A stretch of 64,000 nt of DNA from Brevundimonas sp. (GCF_044336875.1 NZ_JBIIOP010000009.1:50325-114324), one strand, 5' to 3'; shown: positions 54,471 to 63,972, counted from the first letter of the stretch. Program-made: numbers and translations. Notes: generated by a model from the letters alone, not told the origin.

Positions 54471-56474
54471 ATGAACGCTGACACACTCATTCCACTCATC
54501 TTCGGGCGGCTGACGCTCGAAGCTCTGCCCTTGCACGAGCCCATCCTGGTCGTGACCATGATCGTGGTCGCGCTGGGCGGCGTCGCCCTCGTGGGCGCCC
54601 TGACCTATTTCAAGCTCTGGCCCTACCTCTGGAAGGAATGGTTCACGAGCGTGGACCACAAGAAGATCGGGATCATGTACATGATCCTGGGTCTGATCAT
54701 GTTCTGCCGCGGCTTCGCCGACGCGCTCATGATGCGCCTGCAGCAGGCCATGGCCTTCGGCGGGTCGGAGGGCTATCTGAACGCCCACCACTATGACCAG
54801 GTCTTCACCGCCCACGGCGTGATCATGATCTTCTTCGTGGCCATGCCCATGGTGACGGGGATCATGAACTATGTCGTGCCGCTGCAGATCGGCGCGCGCG
54901 ACGTCTCGTTCCCGTTCCTGAACAACTTCAGCTTCTGGATGACCACGGCCGGCGCCATCATCATCATGGCCTCGCTGTTCGTGGGCGAGTTCGCCCGCAC
55001 CGGCTGGCTGGCCTATCCGCCGCTGTCCGGCATCGGCTACAGCCCGGGCGTCGGGGTCGACTATTATATCTGGGGCCTGCAGATCGCGGGCGTCGGCACC
55101 ACCCTGTCCGGGATCAATCTGATCGCGACCATCGTGAAGATGCGCGCGCCGGGCCTGGGCATGATGAAGATGCCGGTCTTCACCTGGACCTCGCTGTGCA
55201 CCAACGTGCTGATCGTGGCGTCCTTCCCGGTCCTGACCGCCGTTCTGGCCCTGCTGACGCTGGACCGTTACGTCGGCACCAACTTCTTCACGAACGACTT
55301 CGGCGGCAACCCGATGATGTACGTGAACCTGATCTGGATCTGGGGTCACCCCGAGGTCTACATCCTGATCCTGCCGCTGTTCGGCGTCTATTCCGAAATC
55401 GCCTCGACCTTCTCGGGCAAGAAGCTGTTCGGCTATACCTCCATGGTCTACGCCACGGTCGTCATCACGATCCTGTCGTACCTGGTGTGGCTGCACCACT
55501 TCTTCACCATGGGCTCGGGCGCCTCGGTGAACTCCTTCTTCGGCATCACCACGATGATCATCTCGATCCCGACAGGGGCCAAGATCTTCAACTGGCTGTT
55601 CACCATGTACCGTGGCCGCATCCGCTTCGAACTGCCGATGATGTGGCTGGTCGCCTTCATGCTGACCTTCACCATCGGGGGCATGACGGGCGTGCTGCTG
55701 GCCGTGCCGCCGGCGGACTTCGTCCTGCACAACTCGCTGTTCCTGATCGCCCACTTCCACAATGTGATCATCGGCGGCGTGCTGTTCGGCCTGTTCGCGG
55801 CCATCAACTTCTGGTGGCCCAAGGCCTTCGGCTTCAAGCTGGACAAGTTCTGGGGTCTGGTCAGCTTCTGGTGCTGGGTGCCGGGCTTCTGGCTGGCCTT
55901 CACGCCGCTGTACGTCCTGGGCCTGATGGGCGTGACGCGCCGGATGCGGGTGTTCGACGATCCGTCGCTGCAGATCTGGTTCATCATCGCCGCCGTCGGG
56001 GTCTTCGTCATCGCCCTGGGCATCCTGGCCATGTTCATCCAGTTCGCTGTCTCGATCATCAATCGCGACAAGCTGCGTGACGTCACGGGCGACCCGTGGG
56101 GCGGCCGCACCCTGGAATGGGCGACCTCGTCGCCGCCGCCGGACTACAATTTCGCCATGACGCCGGTCGTCCACGACGCCGACGCCTGGTGGGACATGAA
56201 GAAGAAGAGCTACCAGCGTCCGCTGTCCGGCTACCGCGCCATCCACATGCCCAGCAACACGGGCACGGGCGTGATCATCTCGGGCCTGTGCCTGGTGATG
56301 GGCCTGTCGCTGATCTGGTACATCTGGTGGCTGGCCGCCCTCAGCTTCGTCGCGGTGCTGGCGGTCTCGATCGCCCACACCTTCAACTACAAGCGCGACT
56401 ACTACATCCCCGAGGAAGTGGTCCGCGAAACCGAAGAGGCGCGTACGCGCGCCCTGGCCGGAACGGAGGCCTGA
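54471..56474 (+). CDS. cyoB: Cytochrome bo3 ubiquinol oxidase subunit I
   Basis: [43 protein letters not shown]. Confidence 0.97.
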   Translation: MNADTLIPLIFGRLTLEALPLHEPILVVTMIVVALGGVALVGALTYFKLWPYLWKEWFTSVDHKKIGIMYMILGLIMFCRGFADALMMRLQQAMAFGGSEGYLNAHHYDQVFTAHGVIMIFFVAMPMVTGIMNYVVPLQIGARDVSFPFLNNFSFWMTTAGAIIIMASLFVGEFARTGWLAYPPLSGIGYSPGVGVDYYIWGLQIAGVGTTLSGINLIATIVKMRAPGLGMMKMPVFTWTSLCTNVLIVASFPVLTAVLALLTLDRYVGTNFFTNDFGGNPMMYVNLIWIWGHPEVYILILPLFGVYSEIASTFSGKKLFGYTSMVYATVVITILSYLVWLHHFFTMGSGASVNSFFGITTMIISIPTGAKIFNWLFTMYRGRIRFELPMMWLVAFMLTFTIGGMTGVLLAVPPADFVLHNSLFLIAHFHNVIIGGVLFGLFAAINFWWPKAFGFKLDKFWGLVSFWCWVPGFWLAFTPLYVLGLMGVTRRMRVFDDPSLQIWFIIAAVGVFVIALGILAMFIQFAVSIINRDKLRDVTGDPWGGRTLEWATSSPPPDYNFAMTPVVHDADAWWDMKKKSYQRPLSGYRAIHMPSNTGTGVIISGLCLVMGLSLIWYIWWLAALSFVAVLAVSIAHTFNYKRDYYIPEEVVRETEEARTRALAGTEA

Positions 56475-56477
56475 TCC

Positions 56478-57101
56478 ATGAGCGCGCACGCGACTGAGAT
56501 CGACCCGAACGTCTTCCATCTGGAAGAGGAGCCCCACCACCCGGAGGGTTCCAGCACCGCCCTGGGCTTCTGGCTCTATCTGATGAGCGACTGCCTCATC
56601 TTCGCGATGCTGTTCGCCGTGTTCGGCGTCCTGGGCGGCAACTACGCCGCCGGGCCGGGGCCCAAGGAGCTGTTCGACCTGGAGCTGGTGGCGGTCAACA
56701 CCGCCATGCTGCTGTTCTCGTCGATCACCTACGGCTTCGCCATGCTGGCCATGGCCCGGAACAACAAGTCCCAGACCCTGATCTGGCTGGCGATCACCGG
56801 CCTGTTCGGCCTGGCCTTCCTGGGCATCGAACTCTACGAGTTCGCCCACCTGATCCACGAGGGCGCCACGCCGCAGCGCAGCGCCTTCCTGTCGGCCTTC
56901 TTCACCCTGGTCGGCACCCACGGCCTGCACGTCACCTTCGGCATCATCTGGCTGGTGACGCTGATGGTTCAGGTCGGCATGAAGGGCCTGATCCCGGCCA
57001 ACAAGCGCCGGCTGATGTGCCTGTCGATGTTCTGGCACTTCCTCGACGTCATCTGGATCGGCGTCTTCACCTTCGTCTATCTGCTGGGGATGGTGCGATG
57101 A
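56478..57101 (+). CDS. cyoC: Cytochrome bo3 subunit III
   Basis: GFWLYLMSDC, LVGTHGLHV, FWHFLDVIW. Confidence 0.96.
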   Translation: MSAHATEIDPNVFHLEEEPHHPEGSSTALGFWLYLMSDCLIFAMLFAVFGVLGGNYAAGPGPKELFDLELVAVNTAMLLFSSITYGFAMLAMARNNKSQTLIWLAITGLFGLAFLGIELYEFAHLIHEGATPQRSAFLSAFFTLVGTHGLHVTFGIIWLVTLMVQVGMKGLIPANKRRLMCLSMFWHFLDVIWIGVFTFVYLLGMVR

Positions 57102-57487
57102 GCGCTGACAACCACTCGCACGACGCGCACGGCGCCGATCATCACGACGCCCACGACGATCACGATCACGGGTCGTTCAAGACCTATATGATCGGCTTCG
57201 TCCTGTCGGTGATCCTGACGGCGATCCCGTTCGCCCTGGTCATGACCGGCGCCCTGCCGGCCCAGGCCACGGCCCTGATCGTCATGGCCTTGGCCGTGGT
57301 GCAGATCGTGGTCCACATGATCTACTTCCTGCACATGAACTCGAAGTCCGAGGGCGGCTGGACCATGCTGGCCCTGATCTTCACGATCGTCATCGTGGTC
57401 ATCTGCCTGGCCGGTTCCCTGTGGGTCATGTACCACCTGAACACCAACATGATGCCCGCCCACGACATGAGCCAGATGGGCTCGTAA
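57098..57487 (+). CDS. cyoD: Cytochrome bo3 subunit IV
   Basis: ATGA overlap with cyoC; His-rich N-terminus, GFVLSVILTAIPF, VHMIYFLHM, GSLWVM. Confidence 0.95.
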   Translation: MSADNHSHDAHGADHHDAHDDHDHGSFKTYMIGFVLSVILTAIPFALVMTGALPAQATALIVMALAVVQIVVHMIYFLHMNSKSEGGWTMLALIFTIVIVVICLAGSLWVMYHLNTNMMPAHDMSQMGS

Positions 57488-57578
57488 GCGCCCGGCTCGG
57501 GAGACCGCCATCAAGGCCCAGGGCCATATTTCGCCGCGTCCGTCGCCGACCCTGATCTGGGCCGGCCTCGGCGCGGCG

Positions 57579-58271
57579 TTGCTGTTCATGGGCTTCGTCG
57601 CCCTGGGCGGATGGCAGGTTCAGCGCCTGGCCTGGAAGACCGATCTGATCGCCCAGGTCGAGGCGCGCGTCCACGCCGCGCCACAGCCGGCGCCGGGCCC
57701 CTCGGCCTGGCCGGCGGTGTCTCGGGAGACGGATCAGTATCGCCGTGTCACGGTGCGCGGCGTTTTCCGCAATGATCGCGAGACCCTGGTCCAGGCGGTC
57801 ACGGACTATGGACCCGGTTTCTGGGTCATGACGCCGCTGACGACCGACGCGGGCTTCACCGTGCTCATCAATCGCGGCTTCGTCTCGCCTGAGCGCAAGG
57901 CGCCCCGGGATCGCTCGGCGGGGCAGTTGGAAGGCGAACAGACCGTCACCGGTCTGCTGCGCATCTCCGAGCCCAAGGGCGGCTTCCTGCGCAGCAATGA
58001 CGCCGGGAAGGGCCGCTGGTATTCGCGTGACGTGCCGGCCATCGCGGCGGCGACGGGCGTCTCCGACATCGCGCCCTATTTCATCGACGCCGACGCCACG
58101 GCCAATCCCGACGGTTGGCCCAAGGGCGGGCTGACGATCATCAAATTCCCCAACAGCCACCTGGTCTACGCCCTGACCTGGTTCGGCATGGCCCTGCTGA
58201 CCCTGGTCGGCTACGCCATCGTGGCGCGCGAGGCGCGCCGCCGGAGCGCCGCAGCCCGGTCCCGGCCATGA
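57579..58271 (+). CDS. SURF1/Shy1-family protein (true start probably further upstream)
   Basis: LGGWQVQRLAWK, G.G.WVMTPL, INRGFV, WPKGGLT, HLVYALTWF. Confidence 0.92.
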   Translation: MLFMGFVALGGWQVQRLAWKTDLIAQVEARVHAAPQPAPGPSAWPAVSRETDQYRRVTVRGVFRNDRETLVQAVTDYGPGFWVMTPLTTDAGFTVLINRGFVSPERKAPRDRSAGQLEGEQTVTGLLRISEPKGGFLRSNDAGKGRWYSRDVPAIAAATGVSDIAPYFIDADATANPDGWPKGGLTIIKFPNSHLVYALTWFGMALLTLVGYAIVAREARRRSAAARSRP

Positions 58272-59602
58272 CCTCGGCCCTGCAGCGGCTTCTCGGGTTC
58301 GGCGACTGGCGCGAGACCTATCTTTCGCAGGAGGCCGCCAACCGGCGGAACCTGCGGCTGCTGGTGCAACTGCGCTGGCTGGCGGTGGCGGGGCAGGTCG
58401 CGACGATCCTGATCGTGCATTTCGCCATGGGCATCCGGCTGCCGGTCCTGTGGCTTCTGTTCGCCCCGGCCAGCCTGGCCTTGGTCAATCTGATCAGCCT
58501 GCCCCTGACCCAGAGACGGGACGCGATTTCCGACCAGGAACTGATGCTGGCCCTGCTGGCGGATGTCGCCGCCCTGACCTGGCAGCTGTTCCTGACCGGC
58601 GGGGCGGGCAATCCGTTCGTCGCCCTGTATCTGCTGCAGGTGGTGCTGGGGGCGGTGCTGCTGGCGCCGGCCTACGCCTGGTCGCTGATCGGGATCACCA
58701 GCCTCTGTTTCGCCGGCCTGGGCGTGTTCAATCGCCCGCTGGACCTGCCGCCGGATCGCGAGGGGGCCCTGCTGGGCCTCTATATGCAGGGCAGCCTGAT
58801 CTGTTTCCTGCTGATGGCCGTGCTGCTGGTGCTGTTTATCACGCGGATCAGCGACAATCTGCGCGCCCGTGACGCCTATGTCGCGGATGTGCGTCAGCAG
58901 GCGACCGAACAGGATCATATCGTCCGCATGGGCCTGCTGGCCTCCGGCGCCGCGCATGAACTGGGCACGCCCCTGGCCTCCCTGTCGGTGATCCTCAGCG
59001 ACTGGCGCCGGATGCCCGCCCTGACCCGCGACGGCGATCTCATCCAGGACATGGAGGTGATGCAGGCCGAGGTGGAGCGCTGCAAGGCCATCGTCACCGG
59101 CATATTGATGTCGGCCGGCGAGGCGAGGGGACAGGCCCCGTCGCGCACGACCCTGGTCCGTTTTCTGGCCGAGGTGGTCGACGGCTGGACCGCCCGCGAC
59201 ACCCGCGTCCGGGTCGAGGTGACCTCCTGGACCGGCCCTGATCCGCGCATCATCGCCGACCCGGCCCTGCGTCAGGTGTTCGGCGTCCTGTTCGACAACG
59301 CCGTCGAGGCCGGCGCCCGCCGCATCGTGGTGTCGCCCACCGTCAGCAACGGCCAGCTGGAAGTCGTCGTGCGCGACAATGGTCCCGGCTTTCCGGCGAC
59401 CATACTGGAGCGGCTGGGCAAGCCCTATAATTCGACCAAGGACCGCCCCGGCGCCGGCCTGGGCCTGTTCCTGCTGGTCAATGTGATCCGTTCGCTGGGC
59501 GGCGCGGTCGAGGCGTCCAATCCCCCCGCCGGCGGCGGCGAGGTGCGGCTCAGCCTGCCGATCGACGTCCTGGCGCCCGAGGAGAGTTCCGATGACCGAT
59601 GA
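58268..59602 (+). CDS. RegB/PrrB-like sensor histidine kinase
   Basis: QLRWLAVAGQ, GGAGNPF, AAHELGTPL, ERCKAI, DNGPGF, GLGLF. ATGA overlap with SURF1. Confidence 0.92.
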   Translation: MTSALQRLLGFGDWRETYLSQEAANRRNLRLLVQLRWLAVAGQVATILIVHFAMGIRLPVLWLLFAPASLALVNLISLPLTQRRDAISDQELMLALLADVAALTWQLFLTGGAGNPFVALYLLQVVLGAVLLAPAYAWSLIGITSLCFAGLGVFNRPLDLPPDREGALLGLYMQGSLICFLLMAVLLVLFITRISDNLRARDAYVADVRQQATEQDHIVRMGLLASGAAHELGTPLASLSVILSDWRRMPALTRDGDLIQDMEVMQAEVERCKAIVTGILMSAGEARGQAPSRTTLVRFLAEVVDGWTARDTRVRVEVTSWTGPDPRIIADPALRQVFGVLFDNAVEAGARRIVVSPTVSNGQLEVVVRDNGPGFPATILERLGKPYNSTKDRPGAGLGLFLLVNVIRSLGGAVEASNPPAGGGEVRLSLPIDVLAPEESSDDR

Positions 59603-60128
59603 AACCCCCGTCCTGCTGATCGTCGAGGACGACGAATCCTTCTCGCGCACCCTGCGCAAGTCGTTCGAGCGTCGCGGCTATGTGGTGGTCAGCGCCGACG
59701 GGCCGGACCAGATGGCCGAGGTGCTGAGGGTGCACCGGCCGGGCTTCGCCGTGGTCGATCTGAAGCTGGGCGGCGCCTCGGGCCTGGCCTGCGTCTCGAC
59801 CCTGCATGGCTTCGATCCGGATATGAACATCGTGGTTCTGACCGGCTTCGCCAGCATCGCCACGGCGGTCGAGGCGATCAAGCTGGGCGCCCGCCACTAC
59901 CTGGCCAAGCCCGCCAGCACCGACGATATCGAGGCCGCCTTCGGCAAGGCGTCGGGCGACGCCGCCACGCCGCTGACGACCCGCCCGACCTCGATCAAGA
60001 CCCTGGAATGGGAACGGATTCACGAGACCCTGGTCGAGACCGATTTCAACATCTCGGAGGCCGCGCGGCGGCTGGGCATGCATCGCCGGACCCTGGCGCG
60101 GAAGCTGGAGAAACGGCGCGTCACCTGA
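59592..60128 (+). CDS. RegA/PrrA-like response regulator
   Basis: Receiver domain (VEDD, VDLKL, LTGFASIATAVEAIKLGA..YLAKP) plus Fis-type HTH NISEAARRLGMHRRTL. Confidence 0.93.
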   Translation: MTDETPVLLIVEDDESFSRTLRKSFERRGYVVVSADGPDQMAEVLRVHRPGFAVVDLKLGGASGLACVSTLHGFDPDMNIVVLTGFASIATAVEAIKLGARHYLAKPASTDDIEAAFGKASGDAATPLTTRPTSIKTLEWERIHETLVETDFNISEAARRLGMHRRTLARKLEKRRVT

Positions 60129-60158
60129 CGCGTCTCGCTGATCCGGATGCAGGGGAAA

Positions 60159-60233
60159 TGGCTCCGCAGGTAGGATTCGAACCTACGACCAGCCGATTAA
60201 CAGTCGGCTGCTCTACCACTGAGCTACTGCGGA
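60159..60233 (-). tRNA. tRNA-Asn (GTT)
   Basis: TCCGCAGTAGCTCAGTGGTAGAGCAGCCGACTGTTAATCGGCTGGTCGTAGGTTCGAATCCTACCTGCGGAGCCA; 75 nt cloverleaf with encoded CCA. Confidence 0.98.
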
Positions 60234-60256
60234 ATAGCATTTGGTGAAGACCCGAG

Positions 60257-60331
60257 TGGCTCCGCAGGTAGGATTCGAACCTACGACCAGCCGATTAACA
60301 GTCGGCTGCTCTACCACTGAGCTACTGCGGA
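60257..60331 (-). tRNA. tRNA-Asn (GTT), identical tandem copy
   Basis: Same 75-nt sequence; 23-nt spacer between the copies. Confidence 0.98.
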
Positions 60332-60350
60332 ACATGCTCGGGAGGCGGGC

Positions 60351-60379
60351 CTATAGCAGCGGCCCTTCGAGTCGTGCAA
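60351..60379 (-). promoter_or_regulatory. Housekeeping promoter of the tRNA-Asn pair
   Basis: TTGCAC-N17-CTATAG on the minus strand, with GANTC at 60369-60373 in the spacer. Confidence 0.65.
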
Positions 60380-60393
60380 TGGGAAAATGACGA

Positions 60394-61215
60394 ATGCGCT
60401 CGATCTCCATCACCGACCCAGAAGACCCGCGGATCGCCGCCTTCCGCGATATCCGGGAGCGCGACCTGACCGGCCGGGAGGGCCTGTTCATCGCCGAGGG
60501 CGAGGTCGTGGTCCGGGTTCTGGCCTCGACGGCGTCGCGGTGCCGGCCCCGGGCCCTGTTGCTGGCCGAGAAGCGGGTGGCGGCCCTGGCGGATGTGATC
60601 GCCGCCCTTCCGGCCGCAGCGCCGGTCTATGCCGCCAGCCAGCCGGTTCTTGACCGTATCGCCGGCTTTCCCCTCCATCGGGGAATACTGGCCCTGGGCG
60701 AGAAGCCGCCGCCGCCCTCGGTCGCCTCGATTCTGGCGCGACCGGGCATGGACGACGTATTCGTGGTCGCCAGCGGCATCGGCAACCACGACAATATGGG
60801 CGGTCTGTTCCGCAACGCCGCCGCCTTCGGGGCGCGGGCCGTGCTGCTGGACCAGGCGTGCTGCGATCCCTTCTATCGAAAGGCGATTCGCGTCTCTGTC
60901 GGCGCGGTCCTGCGGACGCCCTTCACCGTGGCCGATTCGGCCGAGGCCGTGGTTGCGGCGATGCAGGCGGCCGGGGTGGAGGTGCTGGCCCTGACGCCGT
61001 CCGCGACCCAGCGTTTGGCCGATTATCGTCGCAAAGGGCCGGTCGCCCTGGTGCTGGGATCGGAAGGTCCGGGCCTGCCCCGTGCGGTGATCGAGCGATG
61101 CCGGGCGGTCGGTATTCCCATGGCGGGCGGATTTGATTCGCTGAACGTGGCCGTCACCAGCGCCCTGGCCCTGCACCAGATGACGATGTCGCCGCCGGGA
61201 TCACCGGGAAGTTAG
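60394..61215 (+). CDS. TrmH/SpoU-family RNA methyltransferase
   Basis: FIAEGE, NHDNMGGLFRNAAAFG, RKAIRVSVG, LGSEGPGL, IPMAGGFDSLNV. Confidence 0.93.
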   Translation: MRSISITDPEDPRIAAFRDIRERDLTGREGLFIAEGEVVVRVLASTASRCRPRALLLAEKRVAALADVIAALPAAAPVYAASQPVLDRIAGFPLHRGILALGEKPPPPSVASILARPGMDDVFVVASGIGNHDNMGGLFRNAAAFGARAVLLDQACCDPFYRKAIRVSVGAVLRTPFTVADSAEAVVAAMQAAGVEVLALTPSATQRLADYRRKGPVALVLGSEGPGLPRAVIERCRAVGIPMAGGFDSLNVAVTSALALHQMTMSPPGSPGS

Positions 61216-61291
61216 GCGCCCCGGACCTGATTCGGCTTGCGCGATCGCTCAGGTTGTGACGACCATCCGTCTGCTTTGGGGGAGGCGGTTC

Positions 61292-61408
61292 ATGGGCATT
61301 CTTTATTTTCTGAATCGGAACGCGCGGGTGGCCTTGGCCTTCGGGGCGGCGGCGGCCGCTCTGGGCCTGGCGGGCGCGATCGGCTGGATCACCGCGCCGA
61401 TCGGCTGA
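61292..61408 (+). CDS. Small hydrophobic protein (38 aa), absent from the ORF track
   Basis: MGILYFLNRNARVALAFGAAAAALGLAGAIGWITAPIG. GGAGG SD about 7 nt upstream; terminator directly downstream. Confidence 0.6.
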   Translation: MGILYFLNRNARVALAFGAAAAALGLAGAIGWITAPIG

Positions 61409-61427
61409 AACCGGCGATCCGGAAACG

Positions 61428-61460
61428 AAAAAGGCGCGGACCCTGCGGTCCGCGCCTTTT
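61428..61460. terminator. Bidirectional intrinsic terminator
   Basis: AAAAAGGCGCGGACC-CTGC-GGTCCGCGCCTTTT. Confidence 0.9.
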
Positions 61461-61471
61461 CTGTATCGCGA

Positions 61472-61545
61472 TGGAGGCCTGACCGGGAATCGAACCCGGG
61501 TGCAAGGATTTGCAGTCCTCTGCGTCACCACTCCGCCATCAGGCC
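61472..61545 (-). tRNA. tRNA-Cys (GCA)
   Basis: GGCCTGATGGCGGAGTGGTGACGCAGAGGACTGCAAATCCTTGCACCCGGGTTCGATTCCCGGTCAGGCCTCCA; 74 nt. Confidence 0.98.
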
Positions 61546-61603
61546 GCTTTGTCCCGATTTCTCGGGGGCGGTCATCGCGAGGGGCGTTCGCTATCAGATC
61601 GGA

Positions 61604-61632
61604 TTGTCCGCTGCAACGCACGGAACTATAAG
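61604..61632 (+). promoter_or_regulatory. Putative promoter of pcm
   Basis: TTGTCC-N17-TATAAG. Confidence 0.5.
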
Positions 61633-61677
61633 CACGCGAGATTTCCTCCCCCGACTACCGTTGAAGGCTGCCTACAG

Positions 61678-62307
61678 ATGGATTTCACCGCCGAGCGCAA
61701 GGCCATGGTCGATTCGCAGGTTCGCGTGAACGACGTGACCAACCATGAGATCCACATGGCCATGATGGCGGTGCCGCGCGAGCAGTATTGCGCCGCCGAT
61801 CGCGTCTTCGCCGTCTATTCGGACGCCGGGGTCGAGATCGCGGGCGAGCGCAAGCTGATGCCGGCGCGCGACGTGTCCAAGCTGCTGCAGGCCGCCGACG
61901 CACGGGAAGGGGAGAAGGCCCTGGCGGTCGCCGCCCCCTACGCCGCCGCCGTTCTGGCCCGCATGGGCCTGACGGTCACGGCTCAGGAGGCCGATCAGGC
62001 CGTGTTCGACGTGGTCGGCGACGCCCTGGCGGCCGAAGGCGTGACCACGGCGGTCGCGCCGCTGGCCGCGCCGGTCGGCGAGGGCTGGGATCTGATCGTC
62101 TGCGAAGGCGGCGTAGCCGAGATTCCGTCGGCCTGGGGCGCGGCCCTGCGCATCGGCGGCCGCATGGTCGTGGTCGAGCGTCGCGGCGCGGTCGGCAAGG
62201 CGGCGCTTTATGTGAAGGGCCGCGAGGGTCTTTCGCGTCGGGAACTGTTTGATTCGTCGCCGGCCCTTCTTGCCGAACTGACGCCGGCGCCTACCTTCGC
62301 GCTTTGA
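61678..62307 (+). CDS. pcm: Protein-L-isoaspartate O-methyltransferase-like protein (degenerate SAM motif)
   Basis: RKAMVDSQVRVNDV, VPRE, AYSD-like and LRIGGRMV patterns; usual position upstream of tolC. Confidence 0.8.
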   Translation: MDFTAERKAMVDSQVRVNDVTNHEIHMAMMAVPREQYCAADRVFAVYSDAGVEIAGERKLMPARDVSKLLQAADAREGEKALAVAAPYAAAVLARMGLTVTAQEADQAVFDVVGDALAAEGVTTAVAPLAAPVGEGWDLIVCEGGVAEIPSAWGAALRIGGRMVVVERRGAVGKAALYVKGREGLSRRELFDSSPALLAELTPAPTFAL

Positions 62308-62436
62308 TTGTTGCGGTCGCGACGGAACGCGCGACCTCCAGCGTGAAAAAAACTTAACTGGCGTGTGGTCGACTGAAGCCGCAGTTACGCTTGATGACAT
62401 TCGGGCGCTCCCGGGGGCGTCAGGCAAGGACGGACA

Positions 62437-63972
62437 ATGTTGAAACGCTCGCGTGTGCTGGCTTCGGCCGCTGTGGTCGCCCTCGTGACGGGGCTGGGCG
62501 CGCCCGCCTGGGCCGAGACGCTGCAGGAAGCGATCGCCCTGGCCTACCAGACCAACCCCAGCCTCCTGGCGCAGCGCGCCAACCAGCGGGCCCTGGATGA
62601 AACCGTGGTGCAGGCCCGTTCGGGCCTGCGGCCGACGCTCAGCGCCTCGGCCGGCGTCGACTACACCCGTAGCGACTTCCCGACCGTGACCCAGTTCGTC
62701 GACACCAACGGCGACGGCGTTCCGGACGCCCAGGTGTCCAGCTCCTCGTCCGAAAGCGACGGCGCCACCGTCGGCGTCAGCCTGTCCCAGAACCTCTGGA
62801 CCGCCGGCCGAACCTCGCTGGCGATCGACCAGGCCCGCGCCGGCGTCATGGCGGGCCGCGAGAACCTGCGCGAGATCGAGCAGTCGGTCATGCTGTCGGT
62901 GATCCAGGCCTATGTGAACGTGACCCGCGACATGGAAATCCTGCGCATCCGCCAGGAAAACCTCGCGGTGCTGCAGCGCCAGCTGGAAGAGACCAGCGCC
63001 CGTTTCGAGGTCGGCGAGATCACCCGCACCGACGTGGCCCAGGCCGAGGCCTCGCTGGCCCAGTCGGAAGCCGATCTGGCCAACGCCCAGGCCCAGCTGT
63101 CGACGACCCGGGCCGCCTATGCGGCGGTCGTCGGCCAGTCGCCGTCGGCGCTCGAGGCCGCACCGGTCCTGCCGACCGTGCCGACCGATTTCGACGCGGC
63201 CATGGAAACGGCGCTGGCGCGTAACCCGGGCGTCCTGTCGGCCGGCTATTCCCTGCAGGGGGCCGAAGCCGCCGTCGCCGCCGCCCGCGCCGAATATCTG
63301 CCCTCCGTTCGCGCCACCGCCTCCTATGGTGGAACGGCCACCGACCTGGGCAATCTGGACGAACTGGCCGACCGTCGCAGCTTCACCGCCGGCGCGACCC
63401 TGTCGGTGCCGCTCTTCACCGGCGGCCTGAACCGTTCACGCGTCGCCCAGGCGCTGGAACAGGCCAACGCCGCCCAGATCGCCGTCGAGGGCGAGCGTCG
63501 CACCGTGCTTCAGAACGTCAGCACGGCCTATGCCCAGGTCCTGTCGACCCGCTCGAACGTCGCCGCCGGCGAGGAGGCCGTCCGCGCCGCCTCGGTCGCC
63601 GCCGAGGGCGTGCGCCAGGAGGCCCAGGTCGGGCTGCGCACCACCCTGGACGTGCTGAACCAGGAAGTGACCCTGCGCGCCTCCCAGACCTCCCTGGCCA
63701 GCGCCCGCGCCGCCGAATATGTCGCCCGCGCCTCGCTGCTGTCGGCCATGGGCCAGCTGGAAGGGCCCAGCCTGAACCCGTCGCTGGAAGTCTATGACGC
63801 CACGACCAACTACGACCGTGTCCGCAACCGCGGCGGCCTGCCCTGGGACGGCGTGATCGAGGCCCTGGACCGTGTGGCCTCGCCGCCGGTCGTCGCCGCT
63901 GACGATGCGGCCGATGCGCCGATCGACGGTCAGCTGAAGGGCCAGGTGATCCGGACCGCGCCGCGCGACTGA
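62437..63972 (+). CDS. tolC: TolC-family type I secretion/efflux outer membrane protein
   Basis: Signal peptide; ETLQEAIALAYQTNPSL, RFEVGEITRTDV, GLRTTLDVLN; duplicated OEP repeats. Confidence 0.94.
   Translation: MLKRSRVLASAAVVALVTGLGAPAWAETLQEAIALAYQTNPSLLAQRANQRALDETVVQARSGLRPTLSASAGVDYTRSDFPTVTQFVDTNGDGVPDAQVSSSSSESDGATVGVSLSQNLWTAGRTSLAIDQARAGVMAGRENLREIEQSVMLSVIQAYVNVTRDMEILRIRQENLAVLQRQLEETSARFEVGEITRTDVAQAEASLAQSEADLANAQAQLSTTRAAYAAVVGQSPSALEAAPVLPTVPTDFDAAMETALARNPGVLSAGYSLQGAEAAVAAARAEYLPSVRATASYGGTATDLGNLDELADRRSFTAGATLSVPLFTGGLNRSRVAQALEQANAAQIAVEGERRTVLQNVSTAYAQVLSTRSNVAAGEEAVRAASVAAEGVRQEAQVGLRTTLDVLNQEVTLRASQTSLASARAAEYVARASLLSAMGQLEGPSLNPSLEVYDATTNYDRVRNRGGLPWDGVIEALDRVASPPVVAADDAADAPIDGQLKGQVIRTAPRD

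Noticed and set aside
114-59659. Many long antisense or alternate-frame ORFs (e.g. 114-1823 +, 3567-5408 -, 13899-16247 -, 48312-51044 -, 54336-57038 -)
   Set aside because: Shadow ORFs expected in high-GC coding DNA. They overlap well-supported genes, are R/G/A/Q-rich and carry no family motifs.
60234-60256. Remnant tRNA 3' end (TTCACCA on the minus strand) in the tRNA-Asn spacer
   Set aside because: Only a 5-7 nt match and no cloverleaf; consistent with chance.
60159-61545. Genomic island or prophage anchored at tRNA-Asn or tRNA-Cys
   Set aside because: No integrase or transposase, no tRNA 3'-end direct repeat found elsewhere in the window, and no obvious compositional break by eye.
62343-62358. 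CtrA box upstream of tolC
   Set aside because: Only one TTAAC half-site; the position 7 nt upstream reads GTGA rather than TTAA.
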